Assembly (NCBI GenBank): GCA_048882045.1
Contig: JBHLRZ010000004.1
Coordinates: 91,440-155,439, forward strand
DNA from: Candidatus Thorarchaeota archaeon
Lineage (GTDB): Archaea; Asgardarchaeota; Thorarchaeia; Thorarchaeales; Thorarchaeaceae
DNA: 64,000 nt
Reading direction: 5' to 3'
In this document: positions 27,570 to 37,388 of the stretch, piece by piece
Numbering within the stretch: the first letter of the stretch is position 1
How the letters are laid out: each line of letters starts with the position of its first letter
Notes under the pieces: generated by a model
The model's input: the letters and a program-made list of their open reading frames with translations, nothing else
What the model was told of the DNA's origin: nothing
The model's database searches: none
Program-made: the position numbers and the translations under genes

Positions 27570-27690
27570 CTAGCGAATCTTATCTGGCTGGTTAAGAATA
27601 GAATCGAACTCTTCCTTCAATGATTCATCCACAAGAACGACTCTAATTTAAGCGATGTCGTCCGATAAAGGATGTTCTTGTCAGTGACAT
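27570..27690 (-). pseudogene. Degraded duplicate of the adjacent 90-aa gene
   Basis: Translates HPLSDDIA*IRVVLVDESLKEEFDSILNQPDKIR*, against the neighbour's C-terminus DPNTDETAHVRIVLADESLKEFFDSVLGAPYKVR*. In-frame TAA at 27650-27648. Confidence 0.75.
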
Positions 27691-27715
27691 TCTCTCTTTG
27701 TTTCAATTATAGTAA

Positions 27716-27988
27716 CTACCTGACTTTGTACGGTGCTCCAAGGACCGAATCGAAGAACTCTTTCAAAGACTCGTCAGCAAGTACTATTCTCACATGTGCC
27801 GTTTCATCTGTGTTTGGATCAAATGTGCCAATGATTCTCTCAATCTGAGAATCATCATCCAGCATGAGCATTGTTCTTGCTTCATCGATTTCTTCATGCA
27901 TTCCAAACTTTTCTCTGATTTTGTCAAAACATGCGCGATAATCTTCAGGTTTGACTCGATAGAACAGCTTCATCTCATGATTCTCCAC
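27716..27988 (-). CDS. Hypothetical protein (90 aa)
   Basis: Clean ORF; protein-level similarity to the adjacent remnant supports coding status. Confidence 0.8.
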   Translation of the reverse strand: MENHEMKLFYRVKPEDYRACFDKIREKFGMHEEIDEARTMLMLDDDSQIERIIGTFDPNTDETAHVRIVLADESLKEFFDSVLGAPYKVR

Positions 27989-28074
27989 AGGCTCTCCGAA
28001 TTTTTACTACAGGGGAAGGTATAAGTTATTCAGTCTGATAGTTTTGTGATAGTTAAGTCGGGAGGACTTTTACT

Positions 28075-29763
28075 TTGATGAAAAACCACCACAAAATAAT
28101 CAGTCTGCTTGTGGTCTCTCTGATGCTCTCAGGAATCTTACCTCTCTTGATTTCACCGGTCGCATCAGTAGACTCTCCACAAAAGGACTATACTCCATCA
28201 GCATTTACGTGGCAGACATTCAACAAGAACATGAATGTCACCACATTCGTGTCTCCTGATGGAAGCCATGATGCACTATGGCATTTCCTGAATTCAGCGA
28301 AAGAAAGTATCTACGTTGAGATCTTTGGAGTAAACAATCCATACATTCTCGATTTGATACATGAGTTGCATGATACTAAACCAACTCTTGAGATGAAGTT
28401 TCTACTGGGTTGGAACAGTATTGGATACTATAGTCCCAATGACTATGTCGCAAACAACCTGACTCTTCTAGGGTATCCAGTCAAATGGACTAGTGATACA
28501 GAGTTCAGCTATGCTCACCAGAAGTTTGTGATCATTGATAACAAGACAACCATAGTCCATTCAGGAAATTGGGCAAAGACCAGTTTTCCTGAGGATGGAA
28601 TGAAAGCCAACAGAGAGTGGAGTATTGCGATGACAGACACAGATGTCACTCAGTACTTCAGAGATGTATTCGATTACGATTGGGGTAATGGAATTGACTA
28701 CGACGCAGGTACTCATGGTACAGGTTCTCCGCTTTCATACTCTGAAACTAGCAGTACCTATCTCAGACCATTTGCCACTCCTGGCGAGTTCTCTGGACCA
28801 ATGAATGTCACACCAATATTCAGTCCTGATACAAGTCTCCAGGGAATCCTGTACTGTATCAATGCAGCTCAGGCAACTCTCGACATTCAGATTCCATACT
28901 TCACTAACTGGAATGAAACTGGCAGCGTTGAAACTATTCTAGATGCCATCATTGCAGCAAAGAATCGAGGAGTCACAGTTCGTGTGATCTCTGAGGAGGA
29001 CTATGATTTCATGGAGGTCGCAGCATTATTCCATCAGTACCAAATACCTATTGTCTGGCAAGATACAAGATGGTTTACAGCAAATCACAACAAAGGAATT
29101 ATTGTTGATGGACGAATAGTTCTCATCAGTAGTATCAACTATAGTGACAATAGCATTGAAAACAATAGAGAGGCTGGAGTCATTATAGAGAATGAGGATG
29201 TGGCTCGTTGGTACCAAGAAGTCTTCGACTTCGATTGGGGTATGGCTGACTTTGACCACATCAACAACGTAAATCTGTACTGGAATCCCAACATCCCAAC
29301 AAGTTCTTCTGAGATCAACGTGACTGTGTATGCACATCCGCTCTATTCAACTGGTGTTACAGATGTCAGTCTTGGAGTAAAGATTGGAGATGGTAGTTGG
29401 AACAACTATTCAATCACCGCAAATGTGTTTGACTCATCCGAGGGTGATCCAGAGAATTACTTCTATGTAATTTCACCTCAGGCTGATGGTACAAACATTA
29501 CAGTACAAGCTATTGTCACAGCAGGTGGAGTGCCATATGTCAGTATACCAATGGTGATCAGAGTTCGGGATTCGATTGGTTCAATCATAACGACACCGAC
29601 AACAACTACAACCACTCCAAGCACAACTCCAACGACCACAACAACGCCAACAGGTTCGACTACACCTGATGGGACGACACAGTTACTTATGGAGCTCTTG
29701 CCATATATTGCAATTGCAGTAGTAGCTGCAATTGGTGGACTCTGTATCAAGAAGAGACGGTAA
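28075..29763 (+). CDS. Secreted, membrane-anchored phospholipase D-superfamily protein
   Basis: Two HKD motifs (HQKFVIID, HNKGIIVD) with SGNW/SINY and NRE. Signal peptide, Thr-rich linker, TM and KKRR. Confidence 0.9.
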   Translation: MMKNHHKIISLLVVSLMLSGILPLLISPVASVDSPQKDYTPSAFTWQTFNKNMNVTTFVSPDGSHDALWHFLNSAKESIYVEIFGVNNPYILDLIHELHDTKPTLEMKFLLGWNSIGYYSPNDYVANNLTLLGYPVKWTSDTEFSYAHQKFVIIDNKTTIVHSGNWAKTSFPEDGMKANREWSIAMTDTDVTQYFRDVFDYDWGNGIDYDAGTHGTGSPLSYSETSSTYLRPFATPGEFSGPMNVTPIFSPDTSLQGILYCINAAQATLDIQIPYFTNWNETGSVETILDAIIAAKNRGVTVRVISEEDYDFMEVAALFHQYQIPIVWQDTRWFTANHNKGIIVDGRIVLISSINYSDNSIENNREAGVIIENEDVARWYQEVFDFDWGMADFDHINNVNLYWNPNIPTSSSEINVTVYAHPLYSTGVTDVSLGVKIGDGSWNNYSITANVFDSSEGDPENYFYVISPQADGTNITVQAIVTAGGVPYVSIPMVIRVRDSIGSIITTPTTTTTTPSTTPTTTTTPTGSTTPDGTTQLLMELLPYIAIAVVAAIGGLCIKKRR

Positions 29764-29776
29764 GTAGAATTATATT

Positions 29777-29810
29777 AAGGCCCTGAAAAGGGCCTTTCCC
29801 CCTTTCTTTT
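29777..29810 (+). terminator. Hairpin plus pyrimidine tract after the PLD gene
   Basis: AAGGCCCT-GAAA-AGGGCCTT followed by TCCCCCTTTCTTTT, between convergent genes. Confidence 0.65.
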
Positions 29811-30402
29811 ACTCTGACTTTTCCGCCAACTCTGCAAACTTGTAGCAACTCTCTGCATCCTGATTCTCTCCACGTTTCTTGTGGAGACCTGCAGCTATTC
29901 TGTACGATCTTGCCACAGCTGGCCAATTTTCCTTTGCATCAAAACAGAGAGCAAGAGCTTTCCATGTTTCTGGATTGTTAGATTCGTACTTTAGTGATTT
30001 ATTGTAAGCCTCGATCGCTTCATCAATCCTCAATAAGCTCTCAAGCGCACGCGCCTTCTTGGACCAAAGTTCTGCACTATCCGGAGCATACTCAAGTCCT
30101 AAGTCCGCTGCTGCACTGGCCTCATCAAACGAACCGAGTGTGATATATGCCTCTGCCTTGTTTGAATGAGCCCTGAAATCATTTGGAGCGAAATTTATCG
30201 CAAGATCGAATGCAATGATTGCATCTGACTGTTCTCCAATATGGATGTGAGCAAGTCCCATTTCGTTTAACGCATCCAAGTTTTCCGGATTCTGAATGAG
30301 TATTTCTCTATAGGCCTCAATCGCTTTCTTGTTCTGTCCTTGTCGTTTAAGGGAACGTGCCTTTGATAGCATCTGTTCTGCAGTCTGTGCATCTTGCGAC
30401 AT
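29809..30402 (-). CDS. TPR-repeat protein
   Basis: Multiple TPRs (NPENLDALNEMG, APNDFRAHSNKA, APDSAELWSKKA). Confidence 0.88.
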   Translation of the reverse strand: MSQDAQTAEQMLSKARSLKRQGQNKKAIEAYREILIQNPENLDALNEMGLAHIHIGEQSDAIIAFDLAINFAPNDFRAHSNKAEAYITLGSFDEASAAADLGLEYAPDSAELWSKKARALESLLRIDEAIEAYNKSLKYESNNPETWKALALCFDAKENWPAVARSYRIAAGLHKKRGENQDAESCYKFAELAEKSE

Positions 30403-30518
30403 AGTACTTTCTCAACTTGTTCTAGTTTTAATCATTCTTCTGTCGGATATCGTCAGACACAAGGATTTTAACAGGGCCACTCACTCTCCAGTCCAACCGC
30501 AATCATGAGGAAAATCAA

Positions 30519-31085
30519 ATGACTAGCGAGGATGACACTTTCTTCGAGGAAGAAGATTACGACGAAGAAGAAGAGGATGAAGAAGAGGAAGAAGAGGATG
30601 AAGAGGACGATTTTCCTGATGCGGATGAAGATGAATATGATGGATATGATGACTATGCCATCGATGGACCATCTCGGCTCACAAAATTCGCTGATGACCC
30701 ATGGCCTACTACTACATTTCTATTGATGGTCATCGGTTTCGGTGTTGTATTTGCACCGTCTGTCTTTTGGGCAGGTGCCAACAGGTACTTCCTTTTGGCG
30801 GGATACGTCCTACTCATTCTCTGCGGAGTTGCAATCTCTTACTCCCTTGTCACATGGGAGAAAGCCAGAGGTTCAAGACTTCGCTGGGCGGGAATGACTA
30901 ACTTTATTGTCGTGATTCTCTGTGCTGTGATTGGTATAGCCGATACAATCAACTGGGTCGTGAACACACAGTCCATTATACCTGGAATCACAACTCCATT
31001 GATATCTCTGATAATGGTTCTAGTAGTCTTCTCCATCTACACTCTATGGATCGTTCAGAAGAACTTCTCCGGCCCTCGACGCTAG
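30519..31085 (+). CDS. 4-TM membrane protein with very acidic N-terminal tail
   Basis: About 45-aa D/E tract followed by four hydrophobic helices. Confidence 0.75.
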   Translation: MTSEDDTFFEEEDYDEEEEDEEEEEEDEEDDFPDADEDEYDGYDDYAIDGPSRLTKFADDPWPTTTFLLMVIGFGVVFAPSVFWAGANRYFLLAGYVLLILCGVAISYSLVTWEKARGSRLRWAGMTNFIVVILCAVIGIADTINWVVNTQSIIPGITTPLISLIMVLVVFSIYTLWIVQKNFSGPRR

Positions 31086-31088
31086 CGG

Positions 31089-31460
31089 GTGCCCAAGATG
31101 GATTCAACGACACTGGAAGAGATGATAGTCCTTATCAGAGACTTCGTTCAAGAAAGAAACTGGGAACAGTATAACAAGCCTGCCGCACTTGCTGTTTCAG
31201 CTTCGATTGAGATGGGTGAGCTTCTAGAGTTGTTTCAATGGAAGACAGATGAAGATGTGGAGTCTGCCCTTCAGGATGAGGAGTTCGTTGCAGCTCTAGG
31301 AGGAGAGATCATTGATGTCCTTGTGTATCTCCTGCGAATTTGTGACAAGGCTGGCATTGATCCAACACAGGCATTTCTTGATAAGATGAAGAGAAACGCC
31401 AAGAAGTACCCAATCAAGGAATGGAAGGGAAAGGCTCCGAGCAAGCTCAATCGTCAGTGA
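31089..31460 (+). CDS. MazG-like nucleotide pyrophosphohydrolase (DCTPP1/RS21-C6 type)
   Basis: FVQERNWEQY, EMGELLELFQW, EIIDV and N.KKYP. Confidence 0.9.
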   Translation: MPKMDSTTLEEMIVLIRDFVQERNWEQYNKPAALAVSASIEMGELLELFQWKTDEDVESALQDEEFVAALGGEIIDVLVYLLRICDKAGIDPTQAFLDKMKRNAKKYPIKEWKGKAPSKLNRQ

Positions 31461-32241
31461 GTTTCGAGTACAGATTAGGACGGCGGTCATCGATGATATG
31501 ATTCCTCTTAGTTATCATTTTGTCATCAGCATCCAATGGGTTGATCTCAACCCAAGCAAGTCCAACCTTCTCTCCATTGAGGGAAGCCATTCGTTGACCT
31601 TTCGGACTCGTAATTTGTGAGTGTCCAGAAAATGAAACCTCGCGCTCTGTACCTATTCTATTTGCTGTCGCAGTGAAGACACGATTCTCAATTGATCTTG
31701 TAATCATGGCGTCTTGGCAATAGGGAAGAACAAGATTGGCTGGATGCAGGATTACTTGCGCACCTTTCAAAGTCAGGACCCTAGCAATCTCTGGAAACGC
31801 CCAATCAAAACAAATCATCACTCCATACTTGTGGTTCTGAAATTGTACCACAGGAGGTTCATCATTACCCTGTAGGAACCAGCTCTTTTCATTCAAGAAT
31901 AACTGAATCTTCCGATATGTCGCTAGGTGCTCACCATTCGCAAAAACACCAGCAGAATTGTAAAGTCCTTTTTCTGTTCTCTCACAGATACCTGCAACGA
32001 CCATTTTATCTTGTTCTGACCATTCAAGTAGAATCGACGAGAGAGGGCCCTCAGGAATCTCTTCCGATGAAGCAACAGCTTCTTCCTTGTTCTCAAACAC
32101 ATAACCTGAGTTGCATAACTCTGGCAAAACCAGTACCTCTATGGATCTCTTCTCAGCTTCTTCGAGCAGTCCCCGGATCCTAATTATGTTCTCTTCAACA
32201 TTGGTGATGACAGGTTCCATCTGCCCAACAGCTAATCTCAT
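31447..32241 (-). CDS. Carbon-nitrogen hydrolase (nitrilase family)
   Basis: LPEL, YRK and ICFDW give the E-K-C triad. Confidence 0.92.
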   Translation of the reverse strand: MRLAVGQMEPVITNVEENIIRIRGLLEEAEKRSIEVLVLPELCNSGYVFENKEEAVASSEEIPEGPLSSILLEWSEQDKMVVAGICERTEKGLYNSAGVFANGEHLATYRKIQLFLNEKSWFLQGNDEPPVVQFQNHKYGVMICFDWAFPEIARVLTLKGAQVILHPANLVLPYCQDAMITRSIENRVFTATANRIGTEREVSFSGHSQITSPKGQRMASLNGEKVGLAWVEINPLDADDKMITKRNHIIDDRRPNLYSKLTDD

Positions 32242-32290
32242 TGCTATCTCACCTTTCTCTCATGCTCCATCTGTCATGAGTTTCAATTAA

Positions 32291-33151
32291 TCAGAAGAGA
32301 CCGTTTTGCATAGCAGTTTGACAGTCGCAACTCGCCTTCTTCGGAATTTTGGCAATCATCTCAAAGGTCAACTTTCTGACTCTCTCGACATTCTCTGACA
32401 TTGTCTTGAGGACCATTGCATGTGTGACTACCTCATCAGCATGTACATCGTAATCTGTTGGCATTGAAATATTCACAAAACAAATTCCTGCCTCCCGAGC
32501 AAGTGCAGCTTCGGGATACGCGGTCATCCCAATGACTTCCCATCCTTGGTTGTGATAGAACATCGATTCAGCTCGTGTTGAGAATCTCGGTCCGTTGATA
32601 CAGACGTATGTTCCTCCATCATGAACCTTGTATTTCACCTCTGCCGCAGTATCCACTGCTACCTTTCGTAGCTCGGGACAGAAGGGCTCAGCGAATGGGA
32701 GGTGTGCAATAGTCCCTTCTTCAAAGAAGGTGTCCTTTCTGACTCCCTTAGTTCTATCGAAAAGTTGGTCTGCAATCACGAACTCTCCAAGTCTGACCTT
32801 TTCTGGTTGAAGACTGCCAGTGGCAGCTGGACTGATAATTCGAGTAACACCAAGAGATTTCATTCCCCATATGTTCGCTCTATAATTGATCATATGTGGA
32901 GCGATTGTATGACCTCTACCATGCCTCGCAAGAAATGCGAATGTCCGCCCCTTGACAGTCCCCAGAATGAAGTTGTCTGATGCTGCACCATACGGTGTGA
33001 ACACTTTCACTTCGATTGGATTCTCAATTACATCAGAGTCATAGTTTCCAGAACCTCCAAAGAGTCCAATCTCAATTGGTAGAAGATTCTGAAGCTCTTC
33101 CGATTGACTTCTGTCAACAGGTACTGCTGATAATTTTGCTTCGAATGCCAC
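32291..33151 (-). CDS. mtnP: S-methyl-5'-thioadenosine phosphorylase
   Basis: GGSG, ARHGRGH, NYRANI, GPRFSTRAES and IGMT..PEA. TDYD is the adenine-type base-binding motif. Confidence 0.9.
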   Translation of the reverse strand: MAFEAKLSAVPVDRSQSEELQNLLPIEIGLFGGSGNYDSDVIENPIEVKVFTPYGAASDNFILGTVKGRTFAFLARHGRGHTIAPHMINYRANIWGMKSLGVTRIISPAATGSLQPEKVRLGEFVIADQLFDRTKGVRKDTFFEEGTIAHLPFAEPFCPELRKVAVDTAAEVKYKVHDGGTYVCINGPRFSTRAESMFYHNQGWEVIGMTAYPEAALAREAGICFVNISMPTDYDVHADEVVTHAMVLKTMSENVERVRKLTFEMIAKIPKKASCDCQTAMQNGLF

Positions 33152-33165
33152 TTTCTATATCCTCC

Positions 33166-33831
33166 TCACTTCTTCAGTCTCCAGGCCTTGTCAAGTGGGT
33201 ACTCGATTTTTCCAAGGAAGCCCATGTGCGCTTTGATCTTTGAGAGTTGATCATCTGACACAACGATATTGTTGTATTCACGAAGGTGCTTCTTTAGTTC
33301 CATCGTACTGAGTTCATCCATCTTCTCGCCCTCGAAAATCTTTGTTATGAGTGCCGAAAGGTCCTCATAGAAATTCCAAGGCCATATTTCCCAGGCCCAT
33401 GCCACCTCGACTCCAAAGTAGTCCGGAACGAATTTTGAACCAGCGATATGCATGAGAGTTGCACTTTTGACACTGGTCGGTCCACAGTCCTTGACGTGAT
33501 TGACCGCCATGGTCAGACTCTCGCCAGTGTCAGTAATGTCATCTACGACGAGAACATTCTTTCCTTTGACATCTCCAGTCAATGGAATTGTCAGTTTCGC
33601 TTTTCCATCCTTCGTCGCTGTAACACCCCAATGATCGATTTTCACACTGTACAGCTCTTTGATGCCCAAGAGGTCGCATGCAATCCTCGCATGAACCCAA
33701 CCTCCTCTGGCAATACCGACAACTGCATCTGGTTTCCATCCAGACTGCTTGATTTTCTCAGCAGTCTGATATGCATAGTTGTAAATGTCATCAAAATCGA
33801 GCACATAGCATAGTGGACCCTTTAGTTCCAT
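33166..33831 (-). CDS. Purine (hypoxanthine/guanine/xanthine) phosphoribosyltransferase-like protein
   Basis: IARGG, VLVVDDITDTGES PRPP motif, PDY and W..WPW. Confidence 0.88.
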   Translation of the reverse strand: MELKGPLCYVLDFDDIYNYAYQTAEKIKQSGWKPDAVVGIARGGWVHARIACDLLGIKELYSVKIDHWGVTATKDGKAKLTIPLTGDVKGKNVLVVDDITDTGESLTMAVNHVKDCGPTSVKSATLMHIAGSKFVPDYFGVEVAWAWEIWPWNFYEDLSALITKIFEGEKMDELSTMELKKHLREYNNIVVSDDQLSKIKAHMGFLGKIEYPLDKAWRLKK

Positions 33832-33945
33832 ATCAATCAGCCACCGAGGTCCCGGTTTTGCGGACTCTGATAAAAGTATACCCCTCTCTCTGTTTTGTCA
33901 GGAACAGTAATAGGGAGGGCTCATCTGAGGCTGTCCCGAATCCCT

Positions 33946-34260
33946 ATGTCAAACGAGAAAGAATGTGTTGGCAAAGAACCGCGGAAAATCGTTGCTCGAG
34001 TTGTGAGCCAAGAAGGACATTGTCCAATAGGTCACAAGGTCGGAGATACTGTTGAGTTTAACCATTTTGGAGTGAAGGGTGATATTTGCATCAATGCGCT
34101 GTTTACAATGTTACCAGTTGTCTACGCAATGATGCATAATGCGTATTTCCCTTGGTCGGAAGACCACTGTAAGGAGCTCCATGCTTGTCCTGATCCAAAG
34201 AACCCCGTTGTTTTTGAACTGGACAGGTCTCAACTGATGCAGAGAAAAGCCTCAGGTTAA
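33946..34260 (+). CDS. TIGR04076-family small Cys-containing protein
   Basis: G.CP.GHKVGD, ICINA and CPDPKNPVVFEL. Confidence 0.75.
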   Translation: MSNEKECVGKEPRKIVARVVSQEGHCPIGHKVGDTVEFNHFGVKGDICINALFTMLPVVYAMMHNAYFPWSEDHCKELHACPDPKNPVVFELDRSQLMQRKASG

Positions 34261-34262
34261 GT

Positions 34263-35105
34263 CTACTGGAGTTCTACAGTAAGTGAGTTATACTCACCAG
34301 GAGTATACGCGATCCGAACAGAGATTTCATCTCCATTCTTCACATTTACAGATGGGTCCAATGGCAGGAACAGCTGTTTCCACCCATCCTCCATTTTCAA
34401 GATGATGTTCTCATGCAAAATTGACTCAAAGAAACCAACAAAACCATGGATGGTTCCATCTTCTACTATTCTGAAGTCGAGAACTTCATCAATCACCTTG
34501 GTGGTTGATGACTCTGCGAAATTCAATTCCTTCAAGATTTTTGCATCTGCTAGGTCTCTTGATGCTTCCGGACTTACAGTCTGTACGACACTCGGGAATC
34601 GCAAATCGATAACAGAGAAGCGATCCGTCATCAGCTGACTCTCAACTGGAACAATGCATATCGTCGCAGATTGAGGAATGAGAAGTCCGCTCTTTTTCAT
34701 CACATATCTAGTTGCATGATTACATGCTGCCACCTGTTGTTCAATAAGCATGATAGATGATAACATCTCACAGATGACCAAGTCTGCTTTCTCTTCACCA
34801 ACAAATTCTGAGAAATGACACTCCACAAAATCAGTTCGATCTCCAACTCCGTTCATGACAGCAGCCTTGCGAGCGTAGCTAATCGATTCTCTGCTTATAT
34901 CTATCCCTGTAACTTTGCGAGCTCCCGCTTTTGCTGCCATGATTGCTAAAACACCAGAACCTGTTCCTATGTCAACAACATAATCATCGCTCTTCACAAT
35001 CCTTTGAATTGCGTTCTGGAACTTGGCAAGTCTTGTCTTCTGCCCAAGCAACGTTGCAGCATGGAGCATTGTGAATGGGGTTGCATATTCTTGGTCTTTC
35101 ATCAA
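34263..35105 (-). CDS. SAM-dependent methyltransferase, PRMT-like architecture
   Basis: VVDIGTGSG, GARKVTGID, EKADLVICEMLSSIMLIE (double-E loop), GLLIP, HGFVGFF and WKQ. Confidence 0.8.
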   Translation of the reverse strand: MMKDQEYATPFTMLHAATLLGQKTRLAKFQNAIQRIVKSDDYVVDIGTGSGVLAIMAAKAGARKVTGIDISRESISYARKAAVMNGVGDRTDFVECHFSEFVGEEKADLVICEMLSSIMLIEQQVAACNHATRYVMKKSGLLIPQSATICIVPVESQLMTDRFSVIDLRFPSVVQTVSPEASRDLADAKILKELNFAESSTTKVIDEVLDFRIVEDGTIHGFVGFFESILHENIILKMEDGWKQLFLPLDPSVNVKNGDEISVRIAYTPGEYNSLTVELQ

Positions 35106-35176
35106 ATTTTGCCATAACGAATCTTACTTATAATACAACTGAGAGCGACCTGTTACCAAGTAAGGCTGGAATTGGC

Positions 35177-36337
35177 GTGTCTGAAGATCCCATCGATTCA
35201 GCAATGCGGGCTCTCGAAGAGGGCCGTCCTCAGGACGCTATAGACATTCTCGAGCCAATCGTCAACAACGACGATGAAGACGTTGACGCACTAGTCTGTC
35301 TTGGTATGGCATATGTTCAATCCGAAAACCCTGAGAAAGCAGTGACTGTTCTTGAACAGGCTGAGGAATTAGTGGAACAACACTATGTTGTCGAGCTCTT
35401 TTTAGGTCGGGCTCTCTGGGCTCTTGGAAAGTTGTCTGATGCAGAGGATAGAATCCGTGAAGCACTCAGACTCGATTCATCTGAACCCGAGGTCTGGCTT
35501 GACCTTGGTCGAATAATGTATAGAAACAATCAGTACAAAGAAGCCATGAAACATCTTGAAAAAGCTCTAAACAGATTTCCAGATGATCTTGGAATTCGGG
35601 GACTTTACGCTCTGACACTCTATCGTCTGGGAGATTTCACTGCTGCTACTGATGAATGGGGGATTGTTCACAGATTGAACCCGGAACTGATGGCAGCCAT
35701 CTCCAACTATGCATATCTCTTACTACTACAAAACCGCTCATATGAAGCATCTCCCTTCGTTGGACGTGCAAATACTGTTGATCCTAATGACTATCGTTCA
35801 TTGATACTTCTCGGAGAGCTTCGTTTACAATCTGAGGAATACGAAGGTGCAATCGATTGCTTCAACAAAGTCTTAGATCAAGATCCCAGTAACATTGAGG
35901 CACTCTCGAGACTTGCTTATCTCGCCCATGTTGCAGGCGAAGAGAGTAAACTCAGTATCTTCTTAACCCGAGCTGAAGCTGAGTTGGGGAGGGACCCAGA
36001 ATCTTGGAGAGGCATGTGTCAGCTCTATTCTCTTCTGGGCATGGATGATGACTACATCGATTGTCTTGCTCGTTGGACTCAGGCGGACAAAGGAACCGCT
36101 GCACCATGGGTCTTGCTGGCTAAAGAATATGACTGCATTGGTAAACTAGAACAGTCCAGAAATGCTTGGCGACGTGTGTTTGAACTTCGTGGTTATGTAA
36201 AGATCTATTGCTCCGGTTGCGAGGAAGAAATCAGGATTCCTTATGATCCAGTCAAGGGATTCGATGTGTATCAGGACATCCCATGTGGAAGATGCGGGAC
36301 AACAATTATCATGCCCATAGGTCTAGCAGTAACATAA
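35177..36337 (+). CDS. TPR-repeat protein with C-terminal zinc ribbon
   Basis: Many TPRs, then CSGC...CGRC. GTG 35177 avoids overlap with the divergent gene. Confidence 0.82.
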   Translation: MSEDPIDSAMRALEEGRPQDAIDILEPIVNNDDEDVDALVCLGMAYVQSENPEKAVTVLEQAEELVEQHYVVELFLGRALWALGKLSDAEDRIREALRLDSSEPEVWLDLGRIMYRNNQYKEAMKHLEKALNRFPDDLGIRGLYALTLYRLGDFTAATDEWGIVHRLNPELMAAISNYAYLLLLQNRSYEASPFVGRANTVDPNDYRSLILLGELRLQSEEYEGAIDCFNKVLDQDPSNIEALSRLAYLAHVAGEESKLSIFLTRAEAELGRDPESWRGMCQLYSLLGMDDDYIDCLARWTQADKGTAAPWVLLAKEYDCIGKLEQSRNAWRRVFELRGYVKIYCSGCEEEIRIPYDPVKGFDVYQDIPCGRCGTTIIMPIGLAVT

Positions 36338-36789
36338 TGAATGAACGAAAATACCCTCGTTTTCCTATCCCTGGAGTCGGCGCAATAGTTGTAGGTTCTA
36401 AGGGCATTCTATTGGTGAGAAGAGACAAAGATCCAGGGAAGGGTCTCTGGAGTATTCCTGGAGGAGGTGTTGAGATTGGCGAAACTCAGGAAGAATCCAT
36501 TGTGAGAGAAGTGGAAGAGGAAACTGGTGTGAAGTGCGAGATTATCTCTCTGATTAGCACAGCAGACCTTATCACACCCGATGAATCTGGACGCATTGAG
36601 TTCCACTATCTCCTAAACCACTATCTGGCTCGAGCACTGACTGAACAAACCACACCTGAAATACCAGAAGCTGAAGTGGGATGGTTTCATCCTGATGCCC
36701 TCCCAGATGATATGGCGAGCTCTAGAATCACCGATTTGATACTTTCTGTAAAAGACCGAGTCGAGAAACTCATTTCTGAGTATACTTAG
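36337..36789 (+). CDS. NUDIX hydrolase
   Basis: GGGVEIGETQEESIVREVEEETG Nudix box; TAATG coupling to the TPR gene. Confidence 0.93.
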   Translation: MNERKYPRFPIPGVGAIVVGSKGILLVRRDKDPGKGLWSIPGGGVEIGETQEESIVREVEEETGVKCEIISLISTADLITPDESGRIEFHYLLNHYLARALTEQTTPEIPEAEVGWFHPDALPDDMASSRITDLILSVKDRVEKLISEYT

Positions 36790-36862
36790 ATGTATCATGA
36801 AGAAGCCAAGAAATATAAAAGCTCCCGAATACACTGAGAGATAACTTCTGACCAAAGGATGT

Positions 36863-37339
36863 ATGTTTACAATGTTCAGAACTATAATGGCACTCGTTAT
36901 TGCGTTAGTGGCTGCAGTTTTGATTGGAGCCTTTCAAATTGTAGGACTCGATCTCGCAGGTATTCAAGCTATCATTGGTAGTGGCGACATTACTGGTGAC
37001 CTTATGAGTTATGGCGCAACCCTCTTCGGTGTTTTGCTATTTCCATACACTGCTGCAACAGCGGCGACACCAATATACTCCCCGCTTGTGGCACTTGGTG
37101 TAGCTGGTTTCATTGCCGGTCTGATTTCCAAGAGCGGTGTTCGAATGCTGTTTGTGTCCATTTTTGCAATGGTACTCTTCTTCCTAGGTTTCTACATCTT
37201 GACTTATGCTGGAGACCCAACCAACTTCACTGAGATGTTTAACATCGCAAGAAATATGGTAATTGACATTGGAGTTGCATTCGGTCTACTGTTCATACCA
37301 GGTATCATTGGAGCTTCACTAACGTCTGAGGACTACTGA
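36863..37339 (+). CDS. 4-TM membrane protein of unknown function
   Basis: Gly/Ala-rich hydrophobic helices. Confidence 0.75.
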   Translation: MFTMFRTIMALVIALVAAVLIGAFQIVGLDLAGIQAIIGSGDITGDLMSYGATLFGVLLFPYTAATAATPIYSPLVALGVAGFIAGLISKSGVRMLFVSIFAMVLFFLGFYILTYAGDPTNFTEMFNIARNMVIDIGVAFGLLFIPGIIGASLTSEDY

Positions 37340-37357
37340 GTTCTCAATACTTAATCT

Positions 37358-37388
37358 GGGGGCATCAATGCCCCCGACGACCTTTTTT
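37358..37388 (+). terminator. GC hairpin plus T-tract between convergent genes
   Basis: GGGGGCAT-CA-ATGCCCCC...CCTTTTTT. Confidence 0.6.
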
